Origin: Podarcis vaucheri
Lineage: Eukaryota
NCBI GenBank assembly: GCA_965113315.1
Contig: OZ220372.1
DNA: 64,000 bases
Reading direction: 5' to 3' (one strand)
Position numbers and translations under genes: made by a program. The notes beneath the pieces were generated by a model, which ran no database searches, was not told where the DNA came from, and worked only from the letters and a program-made list of their open reading frames with translations. Positions 26,273-39,275 of the stretch are shown here, piece after piece (positions within the stretch are counted from its first letter, which is position 1; every line of letters begins with the position of its first letter).

Positions 26273-26439
26273 TGGGGATTACACTACTCAATTAATCAAT
26301 TAATTAATCAATTAATCAATGGGGATTACACCCTAGTAAAAAATTAAGATTGTAAGAAGGGGTGCTTACAGGATTTTCTGGGCTCAATTCACGCTGTATG
26401 TGAATTGGGCTTTCCAGTCCGGCTGCAGAAGAGGACATA

Positions 26440-26791
26440 CAGTGGTGCCCCGCAAGACGAATGCCTTGCAAGATGAAAAACTCGCTAGACGAAAGGGTTT
26501 TGCGGTTTTTGAGCTGCTTCGCAAGACGAATTTCCCTATGGGCTTGCTTCGCAAGACGAAAACGTCTTGCTTTTTTGCAAGTTTGTTTCCTTTTTCTTAA
26601 CACCGTTAATACAGTTGTGACTTGACTTCGAGGAGCAACTCATAGAACGCGGTGTGGTAGCCTTTTTTGATGTTTTTGGTGATTTTTGAAGCTTTTCCAA
26701 AACTTTTCCGACACCGTGCTTCGCAAGACGAAAAATTCGCTAGACAAAAAACTTGCGGAACGAATTAATTTCATCTTGCGAGTCACCACTG
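26440..26791 (+). mobile_element. Tc1/mariner-pogo MITE, family B, long copy
   Basis: TA-CAGTGGTGCCCCGCAAGACGAA ... TTCATCTTGCGAGTCACCACTG-TA, with repeated internal GC(A/T)AGACGAA motifs. Confidence 0.9.
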
Positions 26792-28286
26792 TAGATTTAT
26801 ATAAAATGTGCATATGCTTTGTGTTGTAGGTAAATGTATGCTTTTTTTTGCAGGTGGAGTTGAGGCCCTCAAAATAAATCAGTGGTTGCAAGCATCATAA
26901 AATGCGTAACAGAATGTGAATGGGTAAAGCTTTTCCTATAATTGTATTTCCATAGGAGAAAAACCTTCACCTGTTGGATTTCTGCCCGTCACACACTTCT
27001 TAAAAGCACAAGAATCCTGGTTCCCTCAATGCCAACCCTGAACCAAAACCAAGGCTGCACTTCTGTACCCACTGACCTAGGAGTGAGTTTTGCATTTGTC
27101 AATGGGGAGCAGAGTGGGGGATTCTTTAACATCCACTTGCATGTAGGAGAATGAGCAAAAAATCATTTATAGGGAGTACCTGATCTCAGATGAAAGCCCC
27201 ACAGGAATGAGGCATCCTGGTTTACAGGAAAAACAGGGATTCCTATTGCCTGGTTTCCCCAAAAAACAACTCTGATTTCACTCATTGGCTAAAAACACTG
27301 AATGGTGACAAGAAACAGGCTTGGTCATCACACATAAATCAGAAAGGTATCTGCACATTTTGCTTCATAACTTTTTAGAAGGGCTAGAGAATTGAATTTT
27401 TTAAAATGAAACATCAGTCTGGGGGCCTTGCAAGCTATGGGTCCGGTAGATCAGTACTTTCTGTACCTGTCTTTTGGTAACCCTAAGTCCCACAAACCCA
27501 GTTTGCAAAACTTATTCACAAGTTTAGTGTGTTTGCACACATCCCCTTCACTCCTACTTCATTCATGTGTGAGCAGGGAACAAACAAGGAAGCCACAGCA
27601 AACCACAGTTTCTTGTTACATGTGAACCAGGAATATCAATACAGTCAGGAACCCTCCCCAGCAGGTTCTATCATGGTTAACAGCTTCTGGCTACTGGCAA
27701 ATGCAGCTACTGTGTTCAATGACATTTACAGTTTAATAAGTGAGTATAGGACTGCAGCTTAAGACTGCACCAATCCTAGCACACCAGGCTTTTAAATGTT
27801 CTTTTTTAAATACAATTGCATCAGTGAAATACTGGAACAAGTCAACACTAAATATGGCTTAACAAAAATAAAGGAAGTGTCACTATTTGTGACCCATGGG
27901 GTCACAAATTCAATATAAATTTCCACTACCCAATGAACAACACAGAGCTTTGTATTGGCAGTTAATATCAGAAATATATAAACCAGGAGAGGCAAACCAT
28001 TTTTTTAGCCTGAGGGCCATGTACTCTCATGAGAAAACATCTGGGAACCATATGCTGGGCGTGGGCAGGGTCAGAGGTAAATGTGGATGGGACTATAAAG
28101 AATAGTGAGGCGGGGAACAATAGAGGTGACTCCTACCTTTGTACAGCATTCTAGCCACACAAAAGTCAGAAGATTCTACATGGTCACACCCATACATCTC
28201 TCCAAACTCCATGAAGGTAAGCAAGAGGCATTATCACAGTTCACAAGTACTTTCCAGCCACGCAAACACATTCAAGAATAGCAATG

Positions 28287-29304
28287 CAAAATTAGAAACA
28301 GAACTGTTAGAACCCAAAACTAAGATTTTGTCAAGGATGTACAACCTGCTGTTGAAATGGAATACTCAGGATGAAACGGTGAAATCTGTTATGATTAAAT
28401 GGGCACAAGATGCTGGACATAATATAATGATGGCTGACTGGGAACAGTTATGGACCACAGGTATGAAGTTTACGGCATGTAATGCCTTGAGAATATTATG
28501 AAAATGATATACAGGTGGTACATGACCCCAGTCAAGCTTGCAAAAATCTATCATTTGCCCGATAATAAATGTTGGAAATGTAAAGAAACTGAAAGTACAT
28601 TCTTTCACCTTTGGTGGATGTGCCCAAGGATTAAGGCTTTCTGGGAGATGATCTATAATGAATTGAAAAAGGTATTTAAATATACCTTCTTGAAGAAACC
28701 AGAGGCCTTTCTCCTGGGCATAGGCGGCCAATTGATGCCAAAGAAGGATAGAACTTTTTTTATGTATGCCACAACAGCAGCAAGAATACTCATTGCAAAG
28801 TATTGGAAGACACAAGATCTACCCACTCTGGAAGAATGGCAGATGAAGGTGATTGACTATATGGAACTGGCAGGAATGACTGGCAGAATCCGAGACCAGG
28901 GAGAAGAGTCGGTGGAAGAAGATTGGAAGAAATTTAAAGACTATTTACAGAAATATTGTAAAATTAATGAATGTTAGAATGATGTTGGATAGAAACTAAG
29001 TGGTTTTTAGCTGCAATACTATAAGGGAATATGAAAAATGGATTACTAATAGGTAAAGATTTAATGTCACAATATTTTAAGATTAAAGATTAGGATAAAC
29101 AAAGAGGGGAAGGATTTGCTGAACCCACAAACTGATCTAGAATACAAAAAAGGGAGGCGTGAGGAGGTCCGGGAAACAAGCTAATGAAAAATAAGTAATG
29201 GAAAGACTGAGTTGTTTTTAATTATTTTTATTTTGTATTTTTCTTTTTTCTATTTTTCTTTTGTAATATTTTGAAAATCTTAATAAATATCTTATATAAA
29301 AAAA
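28287..29304 (+). mobile_element. Young 5'-truncated L1 LINE (ORF2 C-terminus, 3' UTR, poly-A)
   Basis: ORF2 tail includes the cysteine-rich motif CWKCKETESTFFHLWWMC and stops at 28977. AATAAA is at 29282, followed by an A tail. A perfect 13-bp TSD AAGAATAGCAATG lies at 28274-28286 and 29305-29317. There is one frameshift near 28490. Confidence 0.95.
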
Positions 29305-32047
29305 AAGAATAGCAATGAGCAGGACTGGTGAGGGCTGTGGCTATGGTAGAGTGGTATTGTCTAGAGACAGACTCAGTGGGCTATATTCAGCACCAATCCT
29401 TGATATAAATTTCAAGGTTTCGTTATAAAATTCTCTATCCCCCCCCATGTGTGTCAAATTCAAATTATGTTAGATGCATATAAATATGTTAAGTTAATTT
29501 CTTAACTTACTTAACTAGAAGACCAAGCTTAAGAGACAAATCAGAGCTTTAAAGTATAACTGCATTTACTCAGACAGTAAACACTCTCCTTTATTCCTCA
29601 TGATAGGGACAAGGTCTACCTCCCCTCTCCTCTGGAGTAGCTGTAAGGAGAAAGCAAGCTTTTACGTCTAATTTTGATTAACTGCAGTTTAGTGTTACAT
29701 TTGGATCCTAAACTATAGCAAACCTTAACTACGGTTTGCAGAAAAAAATCTGAAGTTGGCTTCTTTCAAACAAACCCATCCAGCAATGACCGTCTGTGAG
29801 GCCTGAATGCATCTACAAGCTGTGATTAATCAAAAATGGAAGAAAATTTTTCAAATCCCTCCTTGCTGCTGCGCCAGAGAAGGCAGGGAAGCAGACAACA
29901 CCAGGGCTCACTGTGGCTCATTTCTACTCAAATAAACCATGGTTTATGATGAAGTTCGAATGAAGACTTTGTGTCCTCTTTTTACATCATCTGTTATCCT
30001 TGGATAACAACTTCTGAATTCATTTTAACATTCTATTTGTTCAAGGAGTAATATTTGAAAGGCTAAAGTAAGGGCTACTTTGGATGCTTCATTTTACGTA
30101 GTATTGCGGAGGCAACACTGGGAAAATCAGAGGCTCTTTACTCACATCTTTCATCCTGAAACAACAGCAAGGCTATCATCTTCGGCAGATAGAGTTCAGA
30201 GGTCCATAGAGCAACACAGTGATCTGTGAATGACCCAAGATAATCAGCAATGGATCTTTCATATGTGTATGGATCCACTGGAGTAAGCTGTTACTTCATG
30301 TAGCACAAACAGGATGCCCTAATCCAGGGCCCTGAATCCCTGTCCCCATGCATGTCTAGCACAGAGCTGTATTACAGCAGCCCTGAGAGAAAAGTACTCA
30401 CAGTTCCAAACAGTAACAAATATGTCTCCTCTTTCCAAGCAAAATTTCAGCACCCCCTGGGGAAATGTCCACTTATTTATTTATGTTGTCTTCACTTGCC
30501 GTCAGTGGCACCATCAACTGCCCAGTGTGACTGGGGCAGCCCAGTCAGTTGGGCAGGGTACAAGTAATAAATTATTATTATTATTATTATTACACCAAAT
30601 GTAGCTATGCAACATTTTGGCACAATCCCCATTCACTACATGATTGGGTGGGATCATATACGTGACTAGCCAGTAAGGAGACAAATGCAGCAACCTAGGG
30701 GTTAAATGGCACGGAACCAAAGGAAAATAATGTTCTCAGGGTTGGGAAAGTCAGTATTTGTACAACTCTAAAAGCTTTTTTTCTTTTGGATAGGGTTCAA
30801 ATCCATCACCAATTACTAGTTTCCACAGAAAATATTTGCCATCCCTAGTAAATATCCTATTTACTACTTCTCATTTTGGTCCCACATGGAAGTTGTCAAA
30901 AATCACCTCCGCACAGCAGCGTTCCATGTGGCAACTTTAAGCATCTCAAAACGATTCCGCTGGCAGCGCAGGCTCCCCACCCCACTACCACCAGCCGCAT
31001 GAACTGCATGGCACCAGCATAAAGAGACTCCCTGTGATTACGGCTAACCACATGGTTAGTGGCTTTCAAACATTTCAAATATCACATGAAGCACGGTCGC
31101 CTAGAAGTCATTTTTGGCAGCCTGCATGCAGTGCCTGTAACATTTCAATCAGCCTTTGGTTTAAAAGAAAGTGAAACACTGAATTCACTCAAATGCCTGT
31201 TTAGATACAATGGCATCAGCTTGAAAACTTTCTCTGTACTTATGAGGGAAGTAAAGAAAAGCATGGGTTGTATTGTGAGAGGAAGAACAACATTATTACG
31301 ACTCCTAGGAATATATGCACACACTAAGAACCTTCCATTTTTCAGCAGTGAAATAACAAATATTTGGTTCACATAAAACAGGTCAGAACTAGCTTTTGAC
31401 AGCAGGGCCTGGTTCCACTCCTTTTGCTAAGTCATTTATAAACAACCATAAAAGCGAAACAAAAAAACACCACTATCCTCATCGGATTAACAAGATTTAT
31501 ATTTATAATCTGTGCGTATTTTTCTATTAAATATTATGAACAATAGCTGAAGCACATGATAAAAACATTCTTTTTGGATCCTTACACAATATGAAGAGAG
31601 GGCGGGGGGAGCCCTTAACACACAACCAGTTCGATAAAATACATCGTTCTAATAGCAGGAGGGGTTGCTCTTTGCATATTCAGATAATTGTTCTGAAAGC
31701 TTTCCATTCCTGAAAAATTGCCACTTTACAACCAAGTGTTCAGCGTGAAGAATGTGCACAAAATTCCCCAGCTATCTGTAGGAAGATTATTTGTATAGCG
31801 CCTATTGGACCCGAGATTGTTCTGCTTCACTCTGTGTGACCTTTTAAGCCACTACAAGCTTCTATAAAAGGGGTTCCTCTTGCGTAGTAACGTTTCTTAA
31901 TAAATTACAGTTCTAATAGTAAAGCTAAAGCCATTTGCAAAAAATGTAAATATGCAAGAATGCAGCAAGGTACAGTTGTATACCTATATTTAGGTGTGCT
32001 TGAGTGCTACAGTGATTAGGTCTCAGATGTAAAGATGATTTACTAAC

Positions 32048-32137
32048 CTGCAATGGTCTCTGTTTATCACTGCTCTTGGGAGATTTCAGCCCAGTTGTCT
32101 GTTGCTGTAAAAGCAGCTGTCTGGCTGCCTGCAAAGC
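32048..32137 (-). CDS. FOXP2: Forkhead box protein P2, internal coding exon (human exon 3 equivalent), 90 nt, phase 0/0
   Basis: Translates to [30 protein letters not shown], matching FOXP2 rather than FOXP1 (ALQVARQ...KSPKRNDKQPALQ) or FOXP4. Acceptor is cttgtatttacttgcag|GCT (AG at 32139-32138). Donor is CAG|gttagt (GT at 32047-32046). Confidence 0.97.
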
Positions 32138-32473
32138 CTGCAAGTAAATACAAGATCAAGGTAAATAATTTTTGAACATTTAATTGAAAATGTTATTGCT
32201 TGTAACTTACCCAATGTTAACTTTCAAGCATAATTTGATCTTCCCTTATACAATCTGAAAACAGAAGACTTCCCATTTTCTTTAAACACACCAAGAAAAT
32301 TCCACAGAAAGTACTTATGCAAGATATTGTGAAAAAGTATATATGTGCAACAAATCCTCAAGGAAATAGCATTAATTTGTATAAAGTGCTTGAAGAGGAA
32401 AAATCATAAACCGCATCAATAGCCTCATCTCCACAAGGAACTTGTCTTTAAGTGTTCAGCTAAAATGCTCACA

Positions 32474-32621
32474 NNNNNNNNNNNNNNNNNNNNNNNNNNN
32501 NNNNNNNNNNNNNNNNNNNNNNNNNNNNNNNNNNNNNNNNNNNNNNNNNNNNNNNNNNNNNNNNNNNNNNNNNNNNNNNNNNNNNNNNNNNNNNNNNNNN
32601 NNNNNNNNNNNNNNNNNNNNN
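32474..32621. other. N block, 148 nt
   Basis: Counted directly. Confidence 0.99.
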
Positions 32622-33224
32622 AGATTAAAAACACTTTTTTGTACTTACAATTCAAGGGGAAACCTCTCGTTTGACAAAATAAAGTGGAGTTTTAATGCCA
32701 AATAAAATTAAGAGGCTTTCATTTGCATTCTTCGTAAACTCTGAGAACAAAGAAATCACTACCTAGCCAATCAGATTAGCTTCTGTGGGTGATAGAACTG
32801 CAATCAAAATATAGCATTAAAAAAATCTTTTCATTTGAATTAAGTAAAACAAAACTGAGCACAAGAGAAAGATGCCAATTACCAGGAAAATATCTAACTT
32901 TAAAATGTGGTCTACACAAGCGAAAAAACTAATGTGGATAGTAGTCTTTTTTTTTTTTTAAGGAACCCTTCAAAACCAACTATAAGAAACTACTAAGATG
33001 CCTTCATTCACTTTTCTATCCTATAACAAATCCAGTGAGTTGCTACTTTGTGATCTGAAAATATTAAAACTACGTTTTATTTTATTTTCTGTAGAACTGG
33101 CACAGAAAACTATTTGCAAATACAGAGCAATGATTACCTGAACAGTATGCACCCTAAAATTGCCAAACTGGTAAAGAAAGGTAAAGTTTTGATTAGACTC
33201 AAATGAGCTGCTTTTTTAAAGATA

Positions 33225-33364
33225 NNNNNNNNNNNNNNNNNNNNNNNNNNNNNNNNNNNNNNNNNNNNNNNNNNNNNNNNNNNNNNNNNNNNNNNNNNNN
33301 NNNNNNNNNNNNNNNNNNNNNNNNNNNNNNNNNNNNNNNNNNNNNNNNNNNNNNNNNNNNNNNN
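33225..33364. other. N block, 140 nt
   Basis: Counted directly. Confidence 0.99.
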
Positions 33365-34464
33365 GAAAGCAGTCATCCCCTGATCAATTATGAAAAGACA
33401 GAGAGAGGGCTGCTACAGTCTGGCTCCATACAAGTTTTCTGAGAAAGCACGCAGACACAGCAAACCAAAGTAAACAAACTGCACGCACTATCGCCAGCTC
33501 CTAAGAACACAGATTTGTCCGCCTGTAAAAGGCACCAGTACGTGGCTGAAGCACACCCACAACAATCCTCTTGCTGTTTTCTTGGGTTTTTCAAGTAATT
33601 GCAGACCAGCAAGAGCCCTACGAAACCACCCTAGCTTGCTTTAAATTCAAGTGCAACAGATTTTAAAAGAGGATCACAAAGCTTGCCGAGGAAAGGCAGG
33701 CCTCTCATTTATTCCTGAGCCTAAAAAGATGTCTGCCTTTATTAAGCCAAAAAATATTTTAGATTGCAGAGTGGTAGCTATAGGTTTACAGCAGCACCGT
33801 GGAGGCTTGGAAGCACCATCAAGGGATGGGACAGTGGGCTTTTAGGAGAAGAATATGGCCAAGGTTGTCTCCCAGGCTATGTACACATTGGCAGCTTAAA
33901 ACACCATGAGGCTGTTTCCCCTGTTTCAAGTCACATTTGCATCATGCAAAGCACAGAGGAGGAAGAGGTGTCTATACCTGATGCACATTACCTGTTTGCT
34001 TTCCCCACCCGTGGAAAGCTCCCCCATAAAACCTATTCATGAAGCTGTCACCTGTGCATGTGCACCTATCTGCTGGTGTCTCTAATGTACACCCCTTGGC
34101 TAAACTGCAAAGTGAATATGGCTTACGTCTTCTAACTGGATGGAAGGGGGAAATGCACCAAACAGCAGCATTTCTCAAGAAGCTATAGCATTGATACGGA
34201 TGTGGCTAATATTGTGTGTATGTGGCTTCCAAACCTAGCAATGGAGCACACTTGATGCAGAGTAAACTGTAATGTGCACACAACCTCTGACAGCTTCTCA
34301 TTCCATCCCTTTGATCTGGTACAATGGTTTACAACAATCCCTGGTTTGCAAAACAAGGAGCCAGTCTCAGCAATGTGCATGTAAGAAATTAAAGTAGAAC
34401 AATGGCACAAGCCCCTATCAGGAAGCTGCCTTATACTGAAAAAGATCATTCGTCCATCTGGCTC

Positions 34465-34600
34465 AGAACTTCTCTCATCTGGTGCCCTCCAGATGTTCTG
34501 GGCTACAACTCTTATCTTTCCTGACCACTGGTCATGCTGGTTGTGGCTGATAGAATTTGTAGTTCAGAACATTTGGGGGACACCAGAGTGTGGAAAGATG
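34465..34600. mobile_element. Degraded palindromic hAT MITE of the same group as 18862
   Basis: gccctccagatgttctgggctacaactc ... tgtagttcagaacatttggggga. Confidence 0.7.
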
Positions 34601-36323
34601 CTCTACCACTGACAGGAAGAGGATCTCCAGGTTATCTGAGGGATTTCCTACCTGGAACCCCAAGGACTGAAGCTGGGATATTTTATATGCAAAAGGAGCA
34701 TCCTTCTCCTGTCTTAAACTTGTGTGTTCAATTGCTAAATGCGAATTAAAATGTTAAATTTGTATGAAAGGGTATCTTAGAAATGCTGACAACTGGAATA
34801 CTGTGAGAAGTACAGATTGTGGTTGTAGACTCTTGGGCTGGGCTTTGAGTGTTTTTGTTGTGTGGGTTGTTGCTATTATTGATTTTTTTTGCATCTTTAT
34901 TTTGAATCTTATGATTTATTTAGGATCTGTTCCAATTTGGTTGTGTTTTTTCTGATGTTTTATTTATTGTTTATGGCTGCTTTTGTTATGTTGTAATGTA
35001 TTTTTTCATGGTGTAAGCCACTTTGAGCATGGTTTGAACTATGGAAAGGAGACATACAAATAAAATTATGCAAGTATGTATGGTAAACAAATAGAGACGA
35101 GTACCTTAAATTCTCCTTTTGTCAATTTACTTACTCATGTTAAATCCTTGATAAATGAGTGAGCTATGAATGATGTATGGAATTTGTCACTGCTTAGCAT
35201 ATGATGGAATTAGTGCATCTTTCAAAACTGAGGATAATTTGATTTAGTAAGACATGTGTATCATTTAAGTATCATAGACTTACGGGGGGGGGGGCTCACC
35301 ACAATTTACAGTATCTCTAATGTAAGAAAACATGAGAAAAGCATTAAACTGTATATAATATCAGTAAACACACACTAAAGCCTGGATTGAGTAGCTATCA
35401 TTAAAGCTGCCCATAAGCCTGGAAGAATAAAAATGATTTTCCTGGTGCAAAAATTATAGTTAACTTGGCACCAGACATTCCTTCCTGGGGAAAGCGCTCC
35501 AAAGTCCAGGGTTGCACTCTTACTGAGAAGGTCCAGTCTCCCATTCTGTAAACGTATATGAAGATCTGTCTGCCCTTTAACACAATTAGCAAAAACTCGC
35601 AAAATGGGTTGATGAAACAAATTGCAACTTTTCACTGAAAACGAGCAGTTTAGAAATGCAGTTTAGAGGTTTGTGAGGTGGTCATGTCCAAATTCCAAAA
35701 ACATCTGTGTGGAATTAAGTAGCATTTTTACTTAACAAAGTAATCTAATTCAGTAAAAGTATGGAACATGTGACAGCTTAAAACAATAAAGCCACTGAGG
35801 ATGTGGATTAAAATAATAATACCATTCTGGACAACAGGTGTCCAGAACAGGCAATATTACACAAAATATTGATCATGTGGCTTTGGGAACACATTACCGC
35901 ACACTATTTACGGGTAAATATTGCTGTGACTCCTAAACTTGTAAGCAACATACAAATAAACTGATATACTCTTGATAATTGTAAAACCTTAAACAGATAA
36001 TAATAATATATTTAACCAGGTTTGTAAATCTTAGGAGCCAGTGTGATTCTCTGGATTTTACAGCTTGTGTATACATATAAGTTCCTGTTACGTGCATATT
36101 CAGGAGCTACATTTTTACATGTTTTAATTACACCTCTTTTTTGGTGTTAAGCAGGAATGAAATTGCTTAATATATTACTGAATTATTTTATAAATATGTT
36201 GTTTTCCTCCTTTTCGAATTTTTTTCCTAAAAGAAAACAGATGTCATTCATATTGTTTCGTTAAAAACAGGAATGTTTAACCTATCAGCCTGTTGCATTT
36301 GAGATGTTAAAATGAAAAATGAC

Positions 36324-36471
36324 NNNNNNNNNNNNNNNNNNNNNNNNNNNNNNNNNNNNNNNNNNNNNNNNNNNNNNNNNNNNNNNNNNNNNNNNNNNNN
36401 NNNNNNNNNNNNNNNNNNNNNNNNNNNNNNNNNNNNNNNNNNNNNNNNNNNNNNNNNNNNNNNNNNNNNNN
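36324..36471. other. N block, 148 nt
   Basis: Counted directly. Confidence 0.99.
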
Positions 36472-38797
36472 CTTATGAAAATAGATGCAGCCCAAATGGA
36501 TCTCCTATAATTGGTTTCAGATAGCGGGGTCAGAAGAAATACGATACAAGAAACTATTACATGGAACAGGCGAAACAAGAATGTTTATACAAGCACTACC
36601 CTGTTAAACTGACAATGGGCGTATACTTTACAGATAACCAGAAGGAAGAGGGGGGGAGGAAGACTTGTCATAAGAGATTATTTTTATTCTCCATTTTGTT
36701 ACGGAATATTTTAACTTTTACTATATAATGTAAAAATAGGCTCTTTTAAGCAAGAATGGCGCAAGATGTCTCAAACCACTTGGAAACAGTGACCAGAACA
36801 CTATCAAATTCAGCATCTATGTGAGTGAATAATTGCCCAGAAAGTTGAATACCAATAAAATTTAATTTAAAAAGGGAAAGAGGATTAGTTATATGAACTC
36901 ATACAGCTGCCTTATACTGAGTCAGATCATGGGTCCATCTAACTCAGGGCTGATCTGCATTAAGGTGGGTTTTTAAACCAGTATTTTTGCTTCTTGTCTG
37001 CTTGGTGATGCGCTCTCTCTCTCTCTCTCTATCATGCACACTTATATTGATACCACTACTTCTAAGCCTTTGCTCTGGGATTTCTGAGACTAGTTTTATG
37101 CTGACTTTTTTGAGTTTTCGCATTACTGCACATGCGCACCAGCTACTACTGGCATCAGTGGGAGTGGCTTCTTTCCTGCAGAACTGATTCAGCAGCCTTT
37201 GCCCCACCCTCATGTTTGACCTTACAGGGGATCTGTGTGGAGGAAGTGTGATCTCCCATTTCATTCCCACTGACCACAGAGTCATGTTAATGACGATCAT
37301 ACAGAGAAGAAAGTCCTGGTTGTTAATTTGCAGTGTGTACCTGCACAGCTCCAAATACAAGAATGACTTTAAAGAGCAATGACTGTGAGCAAGTGGGAAG
37401 CCCAGCAACAAAACCTCACAGCCTGAGTGACAAAGCAATAAGGGAAAAAGGTAAAGCATCCAGAATGGTTCCAGAGATTCTACAAAATGATCAAAGAATG
37501 TTAGGTAAAATACAAGTGAGACCCCCCCACAAGAAAATAATGCGGTGTATTCCTGTGTGTGTTACCTGAGCTTATGACTGAAGAAGCAAAAAAGACAAAA
37601 CCAGAGGTTAGTACTCTAACTTGGGTTCCACTTCAAGTACAAGCATGCTCATTATGTTCCGAGCATTCTAAAGTGCAACCAGTCTGCATGAAAGTCAATG
37701 GAGCATGAGGCTTCTGAATGCCTGATTTGGCCTATGAGGAGGAGGTCTGTTGTGGAACCAATTTAAGTAAATTGACCTTTGCTGCAACTTGAGAGATTCA
37801 GGGTTTTTTTTGTTTGTTTGTTTTACTAGGAGTCCAAAGCAGCCTCAGTTTCACCTATGGCCTGCAGTATTAACAATAAACTATAGTGCACAGCTGCTGC
37901 AAGCTACCCTCCAACCTGCAAAGGAGTATAACAGTGAACTACACTGCCGCCTCAGCCCAACCTGCTATTGAGGGATAAAAGCAAAAAAAATAGCACCGTG
38001 GGTTGTTGTACTCTCTCAACTCCAGCCCAAGTCCAAGCATGAAATAAGGGTCCAATACTGGACAGCAAGATTATTGTAAACCTCTTTGAGCATAATCTGC
38101 AGTATTCAATATATACTGTACTACAAAAAACACTCTTCCAGTGGCCATCACATCTATTAGCTGAGACCGGTAAATGTTGCCTCCAAGTTCAGAGGCAAAG
38201 TATCTCTGAACTGCAATTGCTCAAGGACAAAACAAATGGAGAATGTTTGTCTCCAGACCCTGGTTGTGGGCTTCCCGGTTGACCAATGTTGCCTGTCTGG
38301 CCAGTATCGGAAACAGGGTGTTGAACTGCATGGGGATGTTGGCCTGATCCAATACAGTTCTTGTGTTCAGAGATACAAACACTCATGGTAAACATTTATT
38401 TAAATCAAACACAAAAAAATCAAACAACCAGCCAATGTGTTGCAGGACAACAAACCAGTGAAACAGGGGACCTACTGGGATATAAATGAATTATATACCT
38501 CAGTCTTAATAATACAAGATGTTGGAAAGTTACTCACACTCAAACAATTAATTTCACCCACTACAACTTAGTAATTGCAGTATAGAGGACAAAAAGGGAT
38601 AATGTTTTAGAATGGTTAGACAAACTAAAAAACCAACACTACACTGAGTTGATGCCATTCCCCGTGGGTTCTTCAAGAATTCAAACATGGAATTGTCTAT
38701 CAAAAGATAAACAACACACACATACACTCCATAACATTAGAAGGCCAACTATCTTCTTCAAAGGATCTAGAAAATTTGGGGGTCTGTTGGCCTAACC

Positions 38798-38933
38798 CAG
38801 TGTTCCTCAATCTGGTACCCTCTAGATATCTGAACTACAATTTCCATTAAACCCAGCCAGCATGACCAATGGTCAACGATGATGGGAAGTTGTAGTCTAA
38901 AACATTTTAAGTATACCAGATTTGGGAAACCTG
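38798..38933. mobile_element. Degraded palindromic hAT MITE of the same group as 18862
   Basis: CAGTGTTCCTCAATCTGGTA ... TACCAGATTTGGGAAACCTG, with an internal actacaa / ttgtagt pair. Confidence 0.7.
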
Positions 38934-38954
38934 GAGCAATCGCTATCCCTAGTA

Positions 38955-39175
38955 CAGTGGTACCTCGGGTTACAGACTCTTGAGGTTACAAACTCCGCTA
39001 ACCAGTAAGTGGTTGCTCCAGGTTAAGAACTTTGCCCCAGGATAAGAACAGAAATGCCAGTGGTGTAGCGGCAACAGGAGGCCCAATTAGCGAAAGCGCA
39101 CCTCAGGTTAAGAACCGTTTCAAGTTAAGAACAAACCTCTGGAACAAATTAAGTTCTTGGCCCGAGATACAACTG
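38955..39175 (+). mobile_element. Tigger-like MITE family A, copy 4
   Basis: TA-CAGTGGTACCTCGGGTTAC ... CCCGAGATACAACTG-TA, in the same orientation as copy 1. Confidence 0.9.
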
Positions 39176-39275
39176 TAAATACTATGAAAAGTAGTGCAGT
39201 TAAAACATGTACAATAGCCCACAAAAATTGTGATTTATCATAAGCAGAGCCCTGCTGGATCAGGTCAAAGGCCCA

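Noticed and set aside
26440-26791. CRISPR-like spaced repeats
   Set aside because: The units are about 10 bp, irregularly spaced and inside a eukaryotic MITE, with no cas genes.
28139-28977. The 120-aa and 159-aa ORFs as host genes
   Set aside because: They are L1 ORF2 remnants inside a TSD-flanked insertion.
1-32047. Orthologue of mammalian alternative exon 3b (ELLPETKLC...)
   Set aside because: I found no convincing match by eye. It may be absent, outside the window or masked.
31925-32143. 72-aa ORF as a standalone gene
   Set aside because: Only 32048-32137 is bounded by splice sites and homologous to FOXP2. The rest is intron read-through.
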